A stretch of DNA of 64,000 bases from an uncultured Candidatus Bathyarchaeia archaeon (GCA_964603675.1 CAZRVS010000006.1:19587-83586), one strand, 5' to 3'; positions 39,599 through 48,655 are shown, numbered from the stretch's first letter. Numbers and translations: made by a program. Notes: generated from the letters alone by a model not told the origin.

Positions 39599-40843
39599 TT
39601 ACACAATGAAAGTCAGTGCTACACCTGTGATTAGAGGTATTGCAAGATTATCGTTCACTGGCAACGGCAGACACTCTATTATCATGGCTATCGCCGCGCC
39701 TATCATCGCACCTAGAGGGAATATGAAAAACAAACCTCCAAAAAAGGCAAAAAAGAATCCGATTGTTGACCCTACTAAAGTCTTACCTTTATTGAAAGGC
39801 AACGTTGGCCCCCGAAATAGGCCACCAAAAAATGACGCGGCGCTATCTCCAAGTGCAAAGATCGCGATAGCCGCGCTACTCGTCGGAGCAGGGAAGACCA
39901 GTAACGTAAGTAAGATGCCTAGGGCAAAAAATATAGGAGCAGTTGCGAATTCATGAAGTTCCGTTTGCGATACTGCGCGATGAGTTACTGAGGAAATTAA
40001 GGGCAAGTGTCTTTTTTCCATTCTTCCAAACTCGGATATCACGTACAAGATGGTAACGGTCAGGGTTATCAAAGCAAACGTGTAAAAGCCAATCAAGCTG
40101 GATACGGCCGGAACGAAAAAAGCAGAGGCGTGAACTGCCTCTCGAAAAATGTCATTTTTGGAGGGTGAACTTTCTTTCTTTGGCATTCCGCCCACTAAAG
40201 GCATTATATCCAGCAGCTTTCCCGTTACAACGTTATCTGCTCTAGTGCGTATCAAAAAGTCAGGGTTATACCCTATCTTCAGCGCTTTCCGAAGGAACAT
40301 TGATGCGTTGTTTCGATCATCAGCCACCACGATGCAGTCTTTTGGGGTTATCCCTTCCGTTTGCAAGATTCTTGATAGAACCTTGAACTTTCCATTATGC
40401 TTTATGACGTCACCCCAAATCTCACCTGTCAAAACGTCATTTTTAGTTTCTAGCTCAAGACCGAAAGCAAAGTCCGCTTTGAGTGTGCTGGCTAGATCCG
40501 TGACAACTACGCTTGGTAATCCAGAACTTATCAAAGCAGTTTTCCAGCCTTGAATCCTAAGTTTCTCAAAGACCCCTTGCGCGTCAGGCATCAAAGGAAC
40601 TTTTTTAAGAATTCGCACCAGCTCTTCGATTTTGATGCCCTTGAAAAGTTTGAAAACGTGTTTGAGAGCAGATTCTAATGAGATCAGGCCGAGTTCATAA
40701 AGAAAACCGTAAAGGATGATCCTTACCAATTGTGAAAAACCAAGAGATTTGCCGATTTCTAAAAAGTAGCGGTTCTTGGGTATTAGCACTCCTTCAACAT
40801 CGAAGATCACGAGTCTTGATTTGTTGTTTTGTAGCGTCGTCAA
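39599..40843 (-). CDS. fusion protein: HAD (SerB-like) phosphatase domain plus a polytopic dolichol/phytol kinase-like (CTP-transferase family) domain
   Basis: The N-terminus has LVIFDVEGVL (DxD/E HAD motif I) and VVADDRNN. The C-terminal ~190 aa are hydrophobic, with ALGDSAASFFGG ... KGKTLVGS. Confidence 0.65.
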   Translation of the reverse strand: MTTLQNNKSRLVIFDVEGVLIPKNRYFLEIGKSLGFSQLVRIILYGFLYELGLISLESALKHVFKLFKGIKIEELVRILKKVPLMPDAQGVFEKLRIQGWKTALISSGLPSVVVTDLASTLKADFAFGLELETKNDVLTGEIWGDVIKHNGKFKVLSRILQTEGITPKDCIVVADDRNNASMFLRKALKIGYNPDFLIRTRADNVVTGKLLDIMPLVGGMPKKESSPSKNDIFREAVHASAFFVPAVSSLIGFYTFALITLTVTILYVISEFGRMEKRHLPLISSVTHRAVSQTELHEFATAPIFFALGILLTLLVFPAPTSSAAIAIFALGDSAASFFGGLFRGPTLPFNKGKTLVGSTIGFFFAFFGGLFFIFPLGAMIGAAIAMIIECLPLPVNDNLAIPLITGVALTFIV

Positions 40844-40964
40844 TGGGTCTTCACGTCTGATGTCTGTTCTGCTCTTGTTATGTCGTGAATCTTTTTAAAT
40901 CTAACAATTCAGATTAAAACAAATTGGAAGGTTTGCAGATAACTTTGACGGTTCTGACATGGAT

Positions 40965-42311
40965 TTACTGAGCTTGAGCGCAAATGTAATTCTTGTTTTG
41001 CAATTCTAGGGGGCATCCTCCGCCGCAGATTTGCAGTTGTGGGCAGTTCTTGCATTTCGGCTCCACATATCCCCTCTGTCTTATCTGTGTTGCAAGGGGA
41101 TGGTTCCATATTTTTTGCCAGTCATCCTTAAGGATGTTTCCGAGGCTTTCGAAGTAGCTTTGACAGGGGTAAACGTCGCCGTTTGGCCCGACACACATGT
41201 TTATCATTGCGGCTGTGCAGAATTTCACGCCCAAGCCGAGTTTAACAGGATCAAGACGGCAATATTGAGTTGGCGTGTACCATAGAAACTTTAACTCGAG
41301 TTCGTTGGCTTTGTCGCGGATCTTGGGCAAAAGTTCGTTTAGCCTTTCCAATGGCATAGCGAATTCTTCGCTTATGGCGCTTGCCTTTCCAGAGTAGATT
41401 AGGCTGTTGCATCCAAAAGCTGCAATGTCGAGCTCTTTCAGGAAATCTATGGTTTCCAAAAAGTCGGGAGCGTTGTATTTGCTGAGGGTTGTGTTCGTGG
41501 TTACGTATATTTGCGTTTTAACAGCGTTTTTTATTCCGGCCACGCTTTCCTTCCAGTTTCCTTTAGCGCCAGTCATGAAGTCGTGAACCTTGGGCTTATG
41601 GGACTCCAAGGTTACTTGAACAAAGTCCAGTCCAGCTTTTTCCAAAGTTTCAACATACGCTTTGTCCTTTAGTCTTCTGCCGTTTGTGACGAGGCCGGTG
41701 ACCATGCCCTTGTTCTGCGCGTAAAGCAACAGTTCTGGCAGGTCCTCGCGTAAAGTGGGTTCGCCCCCAGTAAAGGTTAAGATGAAGATACCGATCTGGC
41801 TTAGAGTGTTTATCACTTCTTTCCATTGCGCCGCAGTTAGCTCTGGTGTCTCGTGAGGTCCGCCAGAGTAGCAGTGAATGCAGTTGTTTTGGCATCTAAA
41901 AGTGAGCGCCATGTCCATGCGCAATGGTGCTGAAAGCTGTTGGCTGAAGGGCTCAACGCTCTTTACGTCGAGGAAGGATATGGGACAAACCTTCTCAGTT
42001 TGGGCCAGCGTGCCAATCGTGTAAACGAGTTTCTCATAGTCTTCCTTTGCTTTCTCCGGGCCTACCCTGTACATGCGATGGATCTTTTTCAAGACCGCGT
42101 CTTCAGGCATTCCCTGCATGAAATAGTAGGCATAGGCCGTTGCCGTTTCATTAAGATGAAGAACAGTGTTAGCATTGATTACTATGATTCCCAACCCGCC
42201 TGCTTCAACGCGGAGCTGAAGCGCCAAACCTGCAAATTCATCCTTTCCCCTATAGGTATAACGTCCAATGGGAATTTCGGGCGGACGCAAAATCTTCCTA
42301 AAGAAGCTCAT
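40965..42311 (-). CDS. radical SAM/SPASM domain peptide-maturase-like enzyme with an N-terminal PqqD/RRE-like domain
   Basis: CQNNCIHC (CxxxCxxC), GGEPTL, and the C-terminal CTAAMINMCVGPNGDVYPCQ ... CKNCPQLQICGGGCP (SPASM). The N-terminal VLHLNETATAYAYYFMQGMPEDAVLKKIHRMYRVGPEKAKEDYEKLV resembles PqqD. ATG 42311 lies 2 nt after the upstream stop, with GGAGGTG 11 nt upstream. Confidence 0.88.
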   Translation of the reverse strand: MSFFRKILRPPEIPIGRYTYRGKDEFAGLALQLRVEAGGLGIIVINANTVLHLNETATAYAYYFMQGMPEDAVLKKIHRMYRVGPEKAKEDYEKLVYTIGTLAQTEKVCPISFLDVKSVEPFSQQLSAPLRMDMALTFRCQNNCIHCYSGGPHETPELTAAQWKEVINTLSQIGIFILTFTGGEPTLREDLPELLLYAQNKGMVTGLVTNGRRLKDKAYVETLEKAGLDFVQVTLESHKPKVHDFMTGAKGNWKESVAGIKNAVKTQIYVTTNTTLSKYNAPDFLETIDFLKELDIAAFGCNSLIYSGKASAISEEFAMPLERLNELLPKIRDKANELELKFLWYTPTQYCRLDPVKLGLGVKFCTAAMINMCVGPNGDVYPCQSYFESLGNILKDDWQKIWNHPLATQIRQRGYVEPKCKNCPQLQICGGGCPLELQNKNYICAQAQ

Positions 42312-42313
42312 TT

Positions 42314-43939
42314 TCAGCCTACACCTCCGCCTGCACAAGCGCAAGCACATGATACACAAGCACACGCGCAAGCGCATGCTGCGCATGCACAAACGCAACT
42401 TGCATCGTGACGTGCTGGTTCTGATGATGCCTTGGCTGCGGGCGCTGGCAGGATTGCGTTGGCGAACTTTTCCAGATTGGCCACGATGTTGTTCGAAGTT
42501 TTTTCCACGGCAGTTGCAATGTTGTTTGCAAAGTCAGCGCCTGGAACTGTCGGCGGCTTAGCTGATTGGGCGGGCGTCTCCACGTTTGGCTTGTACGTAG
42601 GATTGGGGTGATAATGTTGATAACTGTACCAGTACCAGAACCAAAAGGGACTAGGCTCGAAGGCTCTGTCGCGAAATGCAGTTTGTGTGCGGGATTGATA
42701 GTTTGGATCAAGCAAAAGCCATAACAGTTGCTCATCATAAGCTTTTGAAGCTAATTCAGGCGTCCCAGCCTGTTCCACTTGTTCCCATGCCTTAGCCGCA
42801 ATCTTCCTGTAGTAGTCTACAGTGTCACGTCTGCAGTATCCCCGCAGTTTTTGTTCCACAGTATCTCTTAGAAACATTACTGTTTTGGCTAGCTTTTCCT
42901 CGTCAAGGGTCCCGTCGTTTTTTATTGCGTCGAGAAAGTCGATTTCATAGTATCTAAGCTGCGTTTCTTCAGTTCCAGTTTTTTTCTGAAAAGATGGCAT
43001 AATCTTCAATTTGAGAGCGGGGTTTGTGGATTCGACCCATACGGCCCTTTTCTGTAAAAGGCTGTAAAGCATCTCTGTAACCAATTGCGTTGGTTTCATG
43101 TCTAACAGGTAAGATGCTTCCACCGCCGTCAAACCACGACTTATTCCCAAAGTTTCCATGCTGACCTTAGGCGTCAAATACGGTCGCTTGCGGACCGCAA
43201 CAACCCCGATGCCAACTATAACCACGAACATTCCGATTATCAAAAAGGCAGGCCAGTACCGTTGCAAAAAGACAAGTGCACCAGAAGGCGGCTCGTATTT
43301 CTGCACATAACCTTCTGGAAAAGAAATTCCCACAGGGTATTGCATATCTGGAACAAGACTGTCTTTCTGCCAGTAAACTACCAGTCTCCCATCTTCTACC
43401 GATGTGTTGTTCCAGAATACTTCAGTTGTTTTCACCATTTCTTGAGTAACGTTGGGCGGCAAAACAATGGAAATGCGAAGATCGGAGACTGGAACAGGCC
43501 ACCAAACTGGAATGAATAGCATTCCGTCGTTGCCTGGATTTTTCTCATCCGGCACCACCATGCCTGCAACGTTAGTGATAAGTGTGAACCAGATGGTTTG
43601 TCCAGCTTCTAAGGGTGTGCTGAGGCTAACGTTCGCCCTGTAATTGTCTCCGCTTGACGCGTCTGTAGCTACTAAGCTGTTGCCATACTGGTCTTTGGCT
43701 TCGCCTATGGTGAAGTCGCGCACAGGTTGACCTACGTAAACGAAGTTTATGTTTTTGCCAGAATCAAGCCTAAGTGTAATGTTGTAGAAGAGGTCTATTG
43801 ATCTGTTCTCGTTTATCCATATTTTCACCCATTGATGATCGATGTAATACACTCTTTCTTGTGCTGAGGCAACACTTGCAAGCATTGCAAAAATGAATAT
43901 TACGGATAATGCAATTAGTGGAAGACGCCTATTCACCAT
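42314..43939 (-). CDS. DUF2207-like membrane protein with a C-terminal Cys-Ala repeat tail
   Basis: A signal peptide and a ~200-aa ectodomain are followed by a TM helix (WPAFLIIGMFVVIVGIGVVAV) and a ~290-aa predicted cytoplasmic region ending CVCACAACACACACVSCACACAGGGVG. Confidence 0.75.
   Translation of the reverse strand: MVNRRLPLIALSVIFIFAMLASVASAQERVYYIDHQWVKIWINENRSIDLFYNITLRLDSGKNINFVYVGQPVRDFTIGEAKDQYGNSLVATDASSGDNYRANVSLSTPLEAGQTIWFTLITNVAGMVVPDEKNPGNDGMLFIPVWWPVPVSDLRISIVLPPNVTQEMVKTTEVFWNNTSVEDGRLVVYWQKDSLVPDMQYPVGISFPEGYVQKYEPPSGALVFLQRYWPAFLIIGMFVVIVGIGVVAVRKRPYLTPKVSMETLGISRGLTAVEASYLLDMKPTQLVTEMLYSLLQKRAVWVESTNPALKLKIMPSFQKKTGTEETQLRYYEIDFLDAIKNDGTLDEEKLAKTVMFLRDTVEQKLRGYCRRDTVDYYRKIAAKAWEQVEQAGTPELASKAYDEQLLWLLLDPNYQSRTQTAFRDRAFEPSPFWFWYWYSYQHYHPNPTYKPNVETPAQSAKPPTVPGADFANNIATAVEKTSNNIVANLEKFANAILPAPAAKASSEPARHDASCVCACAACACACACVSCACACAGGGVG
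42332..42397 (-). repeat. coding region for the (Cys-Ala)n tail, 10 Cys in 22 residues
   Basis: The codons are heterogeneous (TGC/TGT; GCA/GCT/GCG), so the repeat is maintained at the protein level and is not a DNA microsatellite. The tail is a local GC-rich island. Confidence 0.8.
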
Positions 43940-44271
43940 TTCGGTTCCTCAGCTACCTCAAAAGTCTGTCCACAATAAGGACAAGTGGCGTATGGCACGC
44001 CCGAAACAATTTTGATTTGGTCAGCGTTAACCGAGGCTGAACAGTTCGGGCATTTGAGCGCCACTGCCTTCATCTGCCCAGAAACTTCCAATCTTTGAAC
44101 TATCGTCTTCGGCTTTCGGGTTATATAATAGGCTATTCCGAAACCAACAATGAACAACATGCCCGCAACAATAAGCCTTGTAAGTTCGTAAACCGACGCA
44201 AGAGCAAAGATTATACCGAAAAAGAAAAGAACTGCAATCGCGATTGCACCCAACACTGTTTTGAGACTCAT
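43933..44271 (-). CDS. membrane protein with a C-terminal zinc ribbon
   Basis: Two TM helices followed by CPNCSASV ... CPYCGQTF. Its stop overlaps the start of the next gene (ATGGTGA). Confidence 0.6.
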   Translation of the reverse strand: MSLKTVLGAIAIAVLFFFGIIFALASVYELTRLIVAGMLFIVGFGIAYYITRKPKTIVQRLEVSGQMKAVALKCPNCSASVNADQIKIVSGVPYATCPYCGQTFEVAEEPKW

Positions 44272-44445
44272 AAATTATTTGATGTACTTCCTCCAAATTT
44301 AATTTTGCCCTTCATCTTACTAGTCAATTTACCATTCTTTTGCTGCTTGCTTAAAATATTTAGCCAGTGACCGTATCGCAAAAAACTATGGAAAAATACT
44401 GCACGCTTCGAAGTGAGTGTGGATGCTGAAATCTGGCTTTGAAAG

Positions 44446-45540
44446 TCACGTTTTCTCAGCTTGCTTTCTTGGGTGCATTGTAGCATACGTGGCAGTTATG
44501 GCAAGTAAGGTGAGTGCTGCTCCCGAGATTGCAACTAAAACCAGTAGGGCTTCCGCCACGTTACCGATTAGCGCACCATCAGGCAACGCGCCTTTCCAAG
44601 TGATCATCACATCCGAAGTTAGCTCGCTTACGTCACCTTCGTATGTCAAGCCATATAACCAAGCACCAGTCTTCATCAGTTCTCCCAGCCTTAGGTCTAT
44701 TTTGGAGATCTCGCTGTTCGAAAGCCAAGTGCTCAACACGCCTTCTTCACCGGAAGTATGATACGTTGTCAGTCGAAGTGGATAGTATTCGTAACTTGAC
44801 TGACTAATGTTAGTTTTAGTGAGAAGGAAGAGGTTTATGTTTGTGTTTCCACCCAAGGGGCTGGTTATTGCCATAGGATAGTAGAGAAAGCTTGTATTGA
44901 ACCAGTAGAGTATGGGCTCAACGCTTTTTTGCTCTGCAGAAACGGTTATTATGTCCAGAACGTAGTATCGGAATCCCCTCGCCATGTATTCTTGAACCAC
45001 TGGCTCAAAGTTCCGAAGAGAAACCTCTTGGGTAATGTTGTTATTTTTCAGAAAACTTTTCATCCAATCCACAAGCTCTGACGAATCACTAGCCATTACG
45101 ATTGTGATGTCGTGCGAGCCAATCTTCTCATGGAAGACAATTTGTGGAGCTTCAATTGCTCCACCTCGACCCATAAAATTGTCCTTGTATGTCTGGCGTA
45201 GCTTTTCATTGAGAATCTCCTGAAGTATTTCGAACGATTTGAAACTCGCAAGCTCCACTCTGCTGGGGTTTGACGGCAAAGGAAGTATTTCCACAACAAA
45301 AGTTTCGCCAGTTGAAAATACGTCGGTGGAAAGAATCAGTATTTCCTCTTTCCCATCCCAAGCGATGATTGCTTTCTGTCCTGGCTCATATATCGAAATA
45401 TCCGTGCTTACGGGGATCAGCCCCCTGTCAGCCTTGACAACTGAGATAGTGGCCGTTAGAAAAATTAGAACTGAGATCAGAAACATTATTTTTGATGTTG
45501 TCTTCAAATAGACCCCAAATAGAATTTGAAGTTGTTCCAT
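44446..45540 (-). CDS. DUF2330-like exported protein with a C-terminal membrane anchor
   Basis: N-terminal signal anchor, then ISIYEPGQKAIIAWDGKEEILILSTD ... VVEILPLPSNP (DUF2330-like onset) and a C-terminal TM helix. Confidence 0.55.
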   Translation of the reverse strand: MEQLQILFGVYLKTTSKIMFLISVLIFLTATISVVKADRGLIPVSTDISIYEPGQKAIIAWDGKEEILILSTDVFSTGETFVVEILPLPSNPSRVELASFKSFEILQEILNEKLRQTYKDNFMGRGGAIEAPQIVFHEKIGSHDITIVMASDSSELVDWMKSFLKNNNITQEVSLRNFEPVVQEYMARGFRYYVLDIITVSAEQKSVEPILYWFNTSFLYYPMAITSPLGGNTNINLFLLTKTNISQSSYEYYPLRLTTYHTSGEEGVLSTWLSNSEISKIDLRLGELMKTGAWLYGLTYEGDVSELTSDVMITWKGALPDGALIGNVAEALLVLVAISGAALTLLAITATYATMHPRKQAEKT

Positions 45541-45623
45541 TATTTAATACTAAAGATTAGAACAGAAAGCACTAAAGGTTAGAACAGAGGGCAAAACCAA
45601 ATCTGCAGAAAGAGCTCTGCGAG

Positions 45624-48419
45624 CTAAGGTTCCAGCTGTTTCTTGAGTGTTTCTTCAGCCTTTTTGACCGCTTCTTGCAGTTTTTCGGGTTGTGTTCCGC
45701 CGCCCTGAGCGAAGTTAGGTTTGCCTCCGCCTCCACCGCCTATGACTGGCGATGCTTCTCCAACTATTTCGCTGGCATCCGCGCCTTTTTCTATAGCGGT
45801 TTTTCCAGCCATGACCATTATCCTAGCGGTTTTTCCATCTGAACCATAAAACATTGCGACTGTTGCCTCATCCCTTTTTATGATTTCGTTTGCCGTTTGA
45901 ACCATGCGGTCGATGTCGATTTCTCGTTGAAAATTGCGCTTCAGAAGTTTTATCCCATTTATCTCCTGAACATCCTCTGCCGAAGCTGTTTCAAAAACCG
46001 TGCTTTCGCGGACTGCCAATTCCTTGATCAACTTTCTTCTCTCGGCGTTTGCTTCCTTCAATTCTTTAACGAGTTTTTCGGCTGTTTTATCGAGTTTCTC
46101 CAATGGCGCATTCAAGGTCTCCGAAACCTTCCACAGTAGCCGTTCGTTTTTCTGCACAGCCTTTAGTGCTGGAATTCCAGAAGAGTACGCAAGTCTTTCC
46201 ACGCCATCTTGAACTCTTTCTGTATAGATGATTTTAATAAACCCAATTTCGCCGGTGCTTTTCAGGTGGGTCCCAGCGCAAGCTTCAACATCCCAGTCTT
46301 TAGTTTTCACGACTCGAATCTCTTTGCCCGGGACTGCTCCGCCTTGATACAATCGGAAACCATAGCGGCTTTCCGCCTCATTTCTTGGCATCCAAGTAGT
46401 CTCAACTTCAATATTCCGGAGAACTGCCTTGTTCGCCAGCGTTTCTATTTTTTGCACTTCTTCGGGTGTTAATCTGCGGTAATGCGAAATGTCAAGCCTA
46501 GAGCTTTCTATTCCCTTTTGTGTTCCAAACTGCCAAACGTGTTGTCCTAGAACGCGCCTCGCTGCGCCACCAACTACGTGAGTGGCCGTGTGACTCTTCA
46601 TTAGGCTGTAACGCTTGTCCCAGTCGATAACTCCCTTGATTTTGTTGCCTTTTCTCGGAACAGTCTTGCCTTTGACTTTATGGACGATTACTCTTCCAAC
46701 TTTCTGAGCATCGACAACCTCTATCTTTGCATCATCAAAAAATAAGTAACCATTATCTGCTGGTTGTCCCCCGCCTTCTGGATAGAAGCACGTTTTGTCT
46801 AAGACAACGTATTCGCCATTTATTACTTTGAGAACTTTTGCTTCAAACTCTTTCATATACGAGTCCGTATGGTACAGTTTCTCGGTTTCGGTAAGTTCTG
46901 CTGTTCCTGTTTTAAGGTTTTCTTCTATGCTGGCTTGTTCTTCCTTTGGTTTAGATACTTGCATGTGCCTTTGCGCAATTAACGCGTAGAAGTTTTCTGG
47001 AATCTTTACTTTCAAACTCTCATTTTCTGCGGTTTGCTTGACAATTTCGGGAGGCAGTCCATGAGAGTCGTATAGTTCTGTCAGGGTTTCGTTCGGGACC
47101 TCATACACGTTCTTTGCTTTTAGCTCAGTGGCGATTCGTTTTACTAGTCCTTCGCCTCTTTTTATGGTGTCTTCGAATTTTTCTTCCTCAACTTTGAGCA
47201 TTTCCATTATTTCGTTTCGCATTGGCTTGATGTGCGGATAGTCTCTTGACCAAAAGTCAATCTGCATATCCATTACGTCATAGAGCCTTTCAGGTATTCC
47301 CAGAATTCTCAAGAGTCGGTATATTCTGCGGAAGAGCAGTCTAGCCAAATAGCCTTCTTGGATGTTCGAAGGAACAACGCCCTCCGAAAGTATGAAACTT
47401 AAGCATTTCGTGTGGTCTGCCACAGCAAAGGCGTTTTCAATTGGGACAAGAACCTTGTCCAGTTCGTTTACGTCCATTCCGACAAGTTCCGCCACCCTTC
47501 TTCGGGCTTCCAATCGATTTGCTGTTTTATCTACGCTCACTAAACCAGAATATTTCGCAACTTCTAACAGTAAGTCATTGTTAATCTTTGTTATTCCAGC
47601 CATTTTGAAAATTTTGTCAAGCAGGCCCTCATAAACAGCGTGAAAACAGCTCGGTGTTCCCTGAGAAAGCCAGGCGTAACGATCTATCCCGTAACCCGTG
47701 TCCACTGTTCGTATGGGCAGTTTGACAAACTCATCATTGACAACCTTGTATTGCATGAAAACGAGAGTGGCAACTTCTAACCCGCGGATGATACACTCAA
47801 CATCTGGACCAGCGTTTCCGCCGCCAACCCAAACGTCCTCCTTGTAGACTACTTCTTCAGATTTCACACCTAAGACTTCAGTGACCAATTCATGATGATA
47901 CCGTACCGTTTGGTCTTTCCAATAAACCTCCTTATCTGGGTAGTTAAACGCGTGATGCCCGCCCATTTCAAAAATCGTCAAGTGTCTGCCAAAAGTTGGA
48001 CCCGTATTGGATATGTCCACAAGTCGAATACAGGGTTGAGCAATCACGAGCGGATTCGCAGGGGGCGGAGCAATCCCCTCAGTTACGTACGGTTGAAAAT
48101 CGATTATGCTAGCGTGAGTTAGATAAATGTCGTCCCTCCACCTTGCTACAACAGGATAGGGTTTTATCCGTCTATGCCCGTACTTTTCGAAAAACGATAG
48201 AAAAAGTTCCCGCATCTCTCGCAGGTCATAACTTCGTTTCGTAGGGGAATTATTTATGAACGTGTAAAAGGCACATTCTTCTGAAGTTGCCTCCCCACAG
48301 GTTTCCTGTTCATGGTTCTGTGTCCAAAAATATTCGCCACATTTAGGACAAAGTTTTCTGACGTAGCCTTCCTCCTTAAAAAAAGGAAGAGCGTACTCTT
48401 CTACAGGAAACCTCTTCAA
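45624..48419 (-). CDS. alaS: alanine--tRNA ligase, archaeal type
   Basis: 931 aa with an N-terminal CPKCG zinc motif, the HxxxH ... CxxxH editing-domain pattern (SHTATHVV ... CAGTH) and a C-terminal GGGGGGKPNFAQGGG DHHA1 tail. Confidence 0.95.
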   Translation of the reverse strand: MKRFPVEEYALPFFKEEGYVRKLCPKCGEYFWTQNHEQETCGEATSEECAFYTFINNSPTKRSYDLREMRELFLSFFEKYGHRRIKPYPVVARWRDDIYLTHASIIDFQPYVTEGIAPPPANPLVIAQPCIRLVDISNTGPTFGRHLTIFEMGGHHAFNYPDKEVYWKDQTVRYHHELVTEVLGVKSEEVVYKEDVWVGGGNAGPDVECIIRGLEVATLVFMQYKVVNDEFVKLPIRTVDTGYGIDRYAWLSQGTPSCFHAVYEGLLDKIFKMAGITKINNDLLLEVAKYSGLVSVDKTANRLEARRRVAELVGMDVNELDKVLVPIENAFAVADHTKCLSFILSEGVVPSNIQEGYLARLLFRRIYRLLRILGIPERLYDVMDMQIDFWSRDYPHIKPMRNEIMEMLKVEEEKFEDTIKRGEGLVKRIATELKAKNVYEVPNETLTELYDSHGLPPEIVKQTAENESLKVKIPENFYALIAQRHMQVSKPKEEQASIEENLKTGTAELTETEKLYHTDSYMKEFEAKVLKVINGEYVVLDKTCFYPEGGGQPADNGYLFFDDAKIEVVDAQKVGRVIVHKVKGKTVPRKGNKIKGVIDWDKRYSLMKSHTATHVVGGAARRVLGQHVWQFGTQKGIESSRLDISHYRRLTPEEVQKIETLANKAVLRNIEVETTWMPRNEAESRYGFRLYQGGAVPGKEIRVVKTKDWDVEACAGTHLKSTGEIGFIKIIYTERVQDGVERLAYSSGIPALKAVQKNERLLWKVSETLNAPLEKLDKTAEKLVKELKEANAERRKLIKELAVRESTVFETASAEDVQEINGIKLLKRNFQREIDIDRMVQTANEIIKRDEATVAMFYGSDGKTARIMVMAGKTAIEKGADASEIVGEASPVIGGGGGGKPNFAQGGGTQPEKLQEAVKKAEETLKKQLEP

Positions 48420-48655
48420 TCTCTGATCGCTCCATGGAACAGTTTGACTTTTATGTTTTCAAATGGTTAATGAGCTACACAGATTTAAACTATTTCGCGA
48501 TCTATGTTCGCAAATAGCGCAACCATCAGAAATTCTTAAAATATCGAAAGCAAAAATTGGACAACTGTATGATGTTTATTGTTATCGATTGGAATCGCAG
48601 ATAAGGAGTGTTTACACTTTCGAAAATGGAACATCATGACGAGCTGACGGCTAAG

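Noticed and set aside
42312-42398. N-terminal extension of the radical SAM ORF (MRLCMRSMRLRVCLCIMCLRLCRRRCRLK)
   Set aside because: It is the Cys-Ala repeat DNA read in another frame, and it lies entirely inside the upstream gene. The SD-led ATG at 42311 gives a sensible start.
41940-42561. Plus-strand ORFs (156 aa and 97 aa) and the minus-strand 139-aa ORF (42319-42738) over the repeat region
   Set aside because: They are antisense or alternate-frame readings of well-supported genes. Their low-complexity His/Ala/Gln or Arg-rich sequences are generated by the GC-rich repeat.
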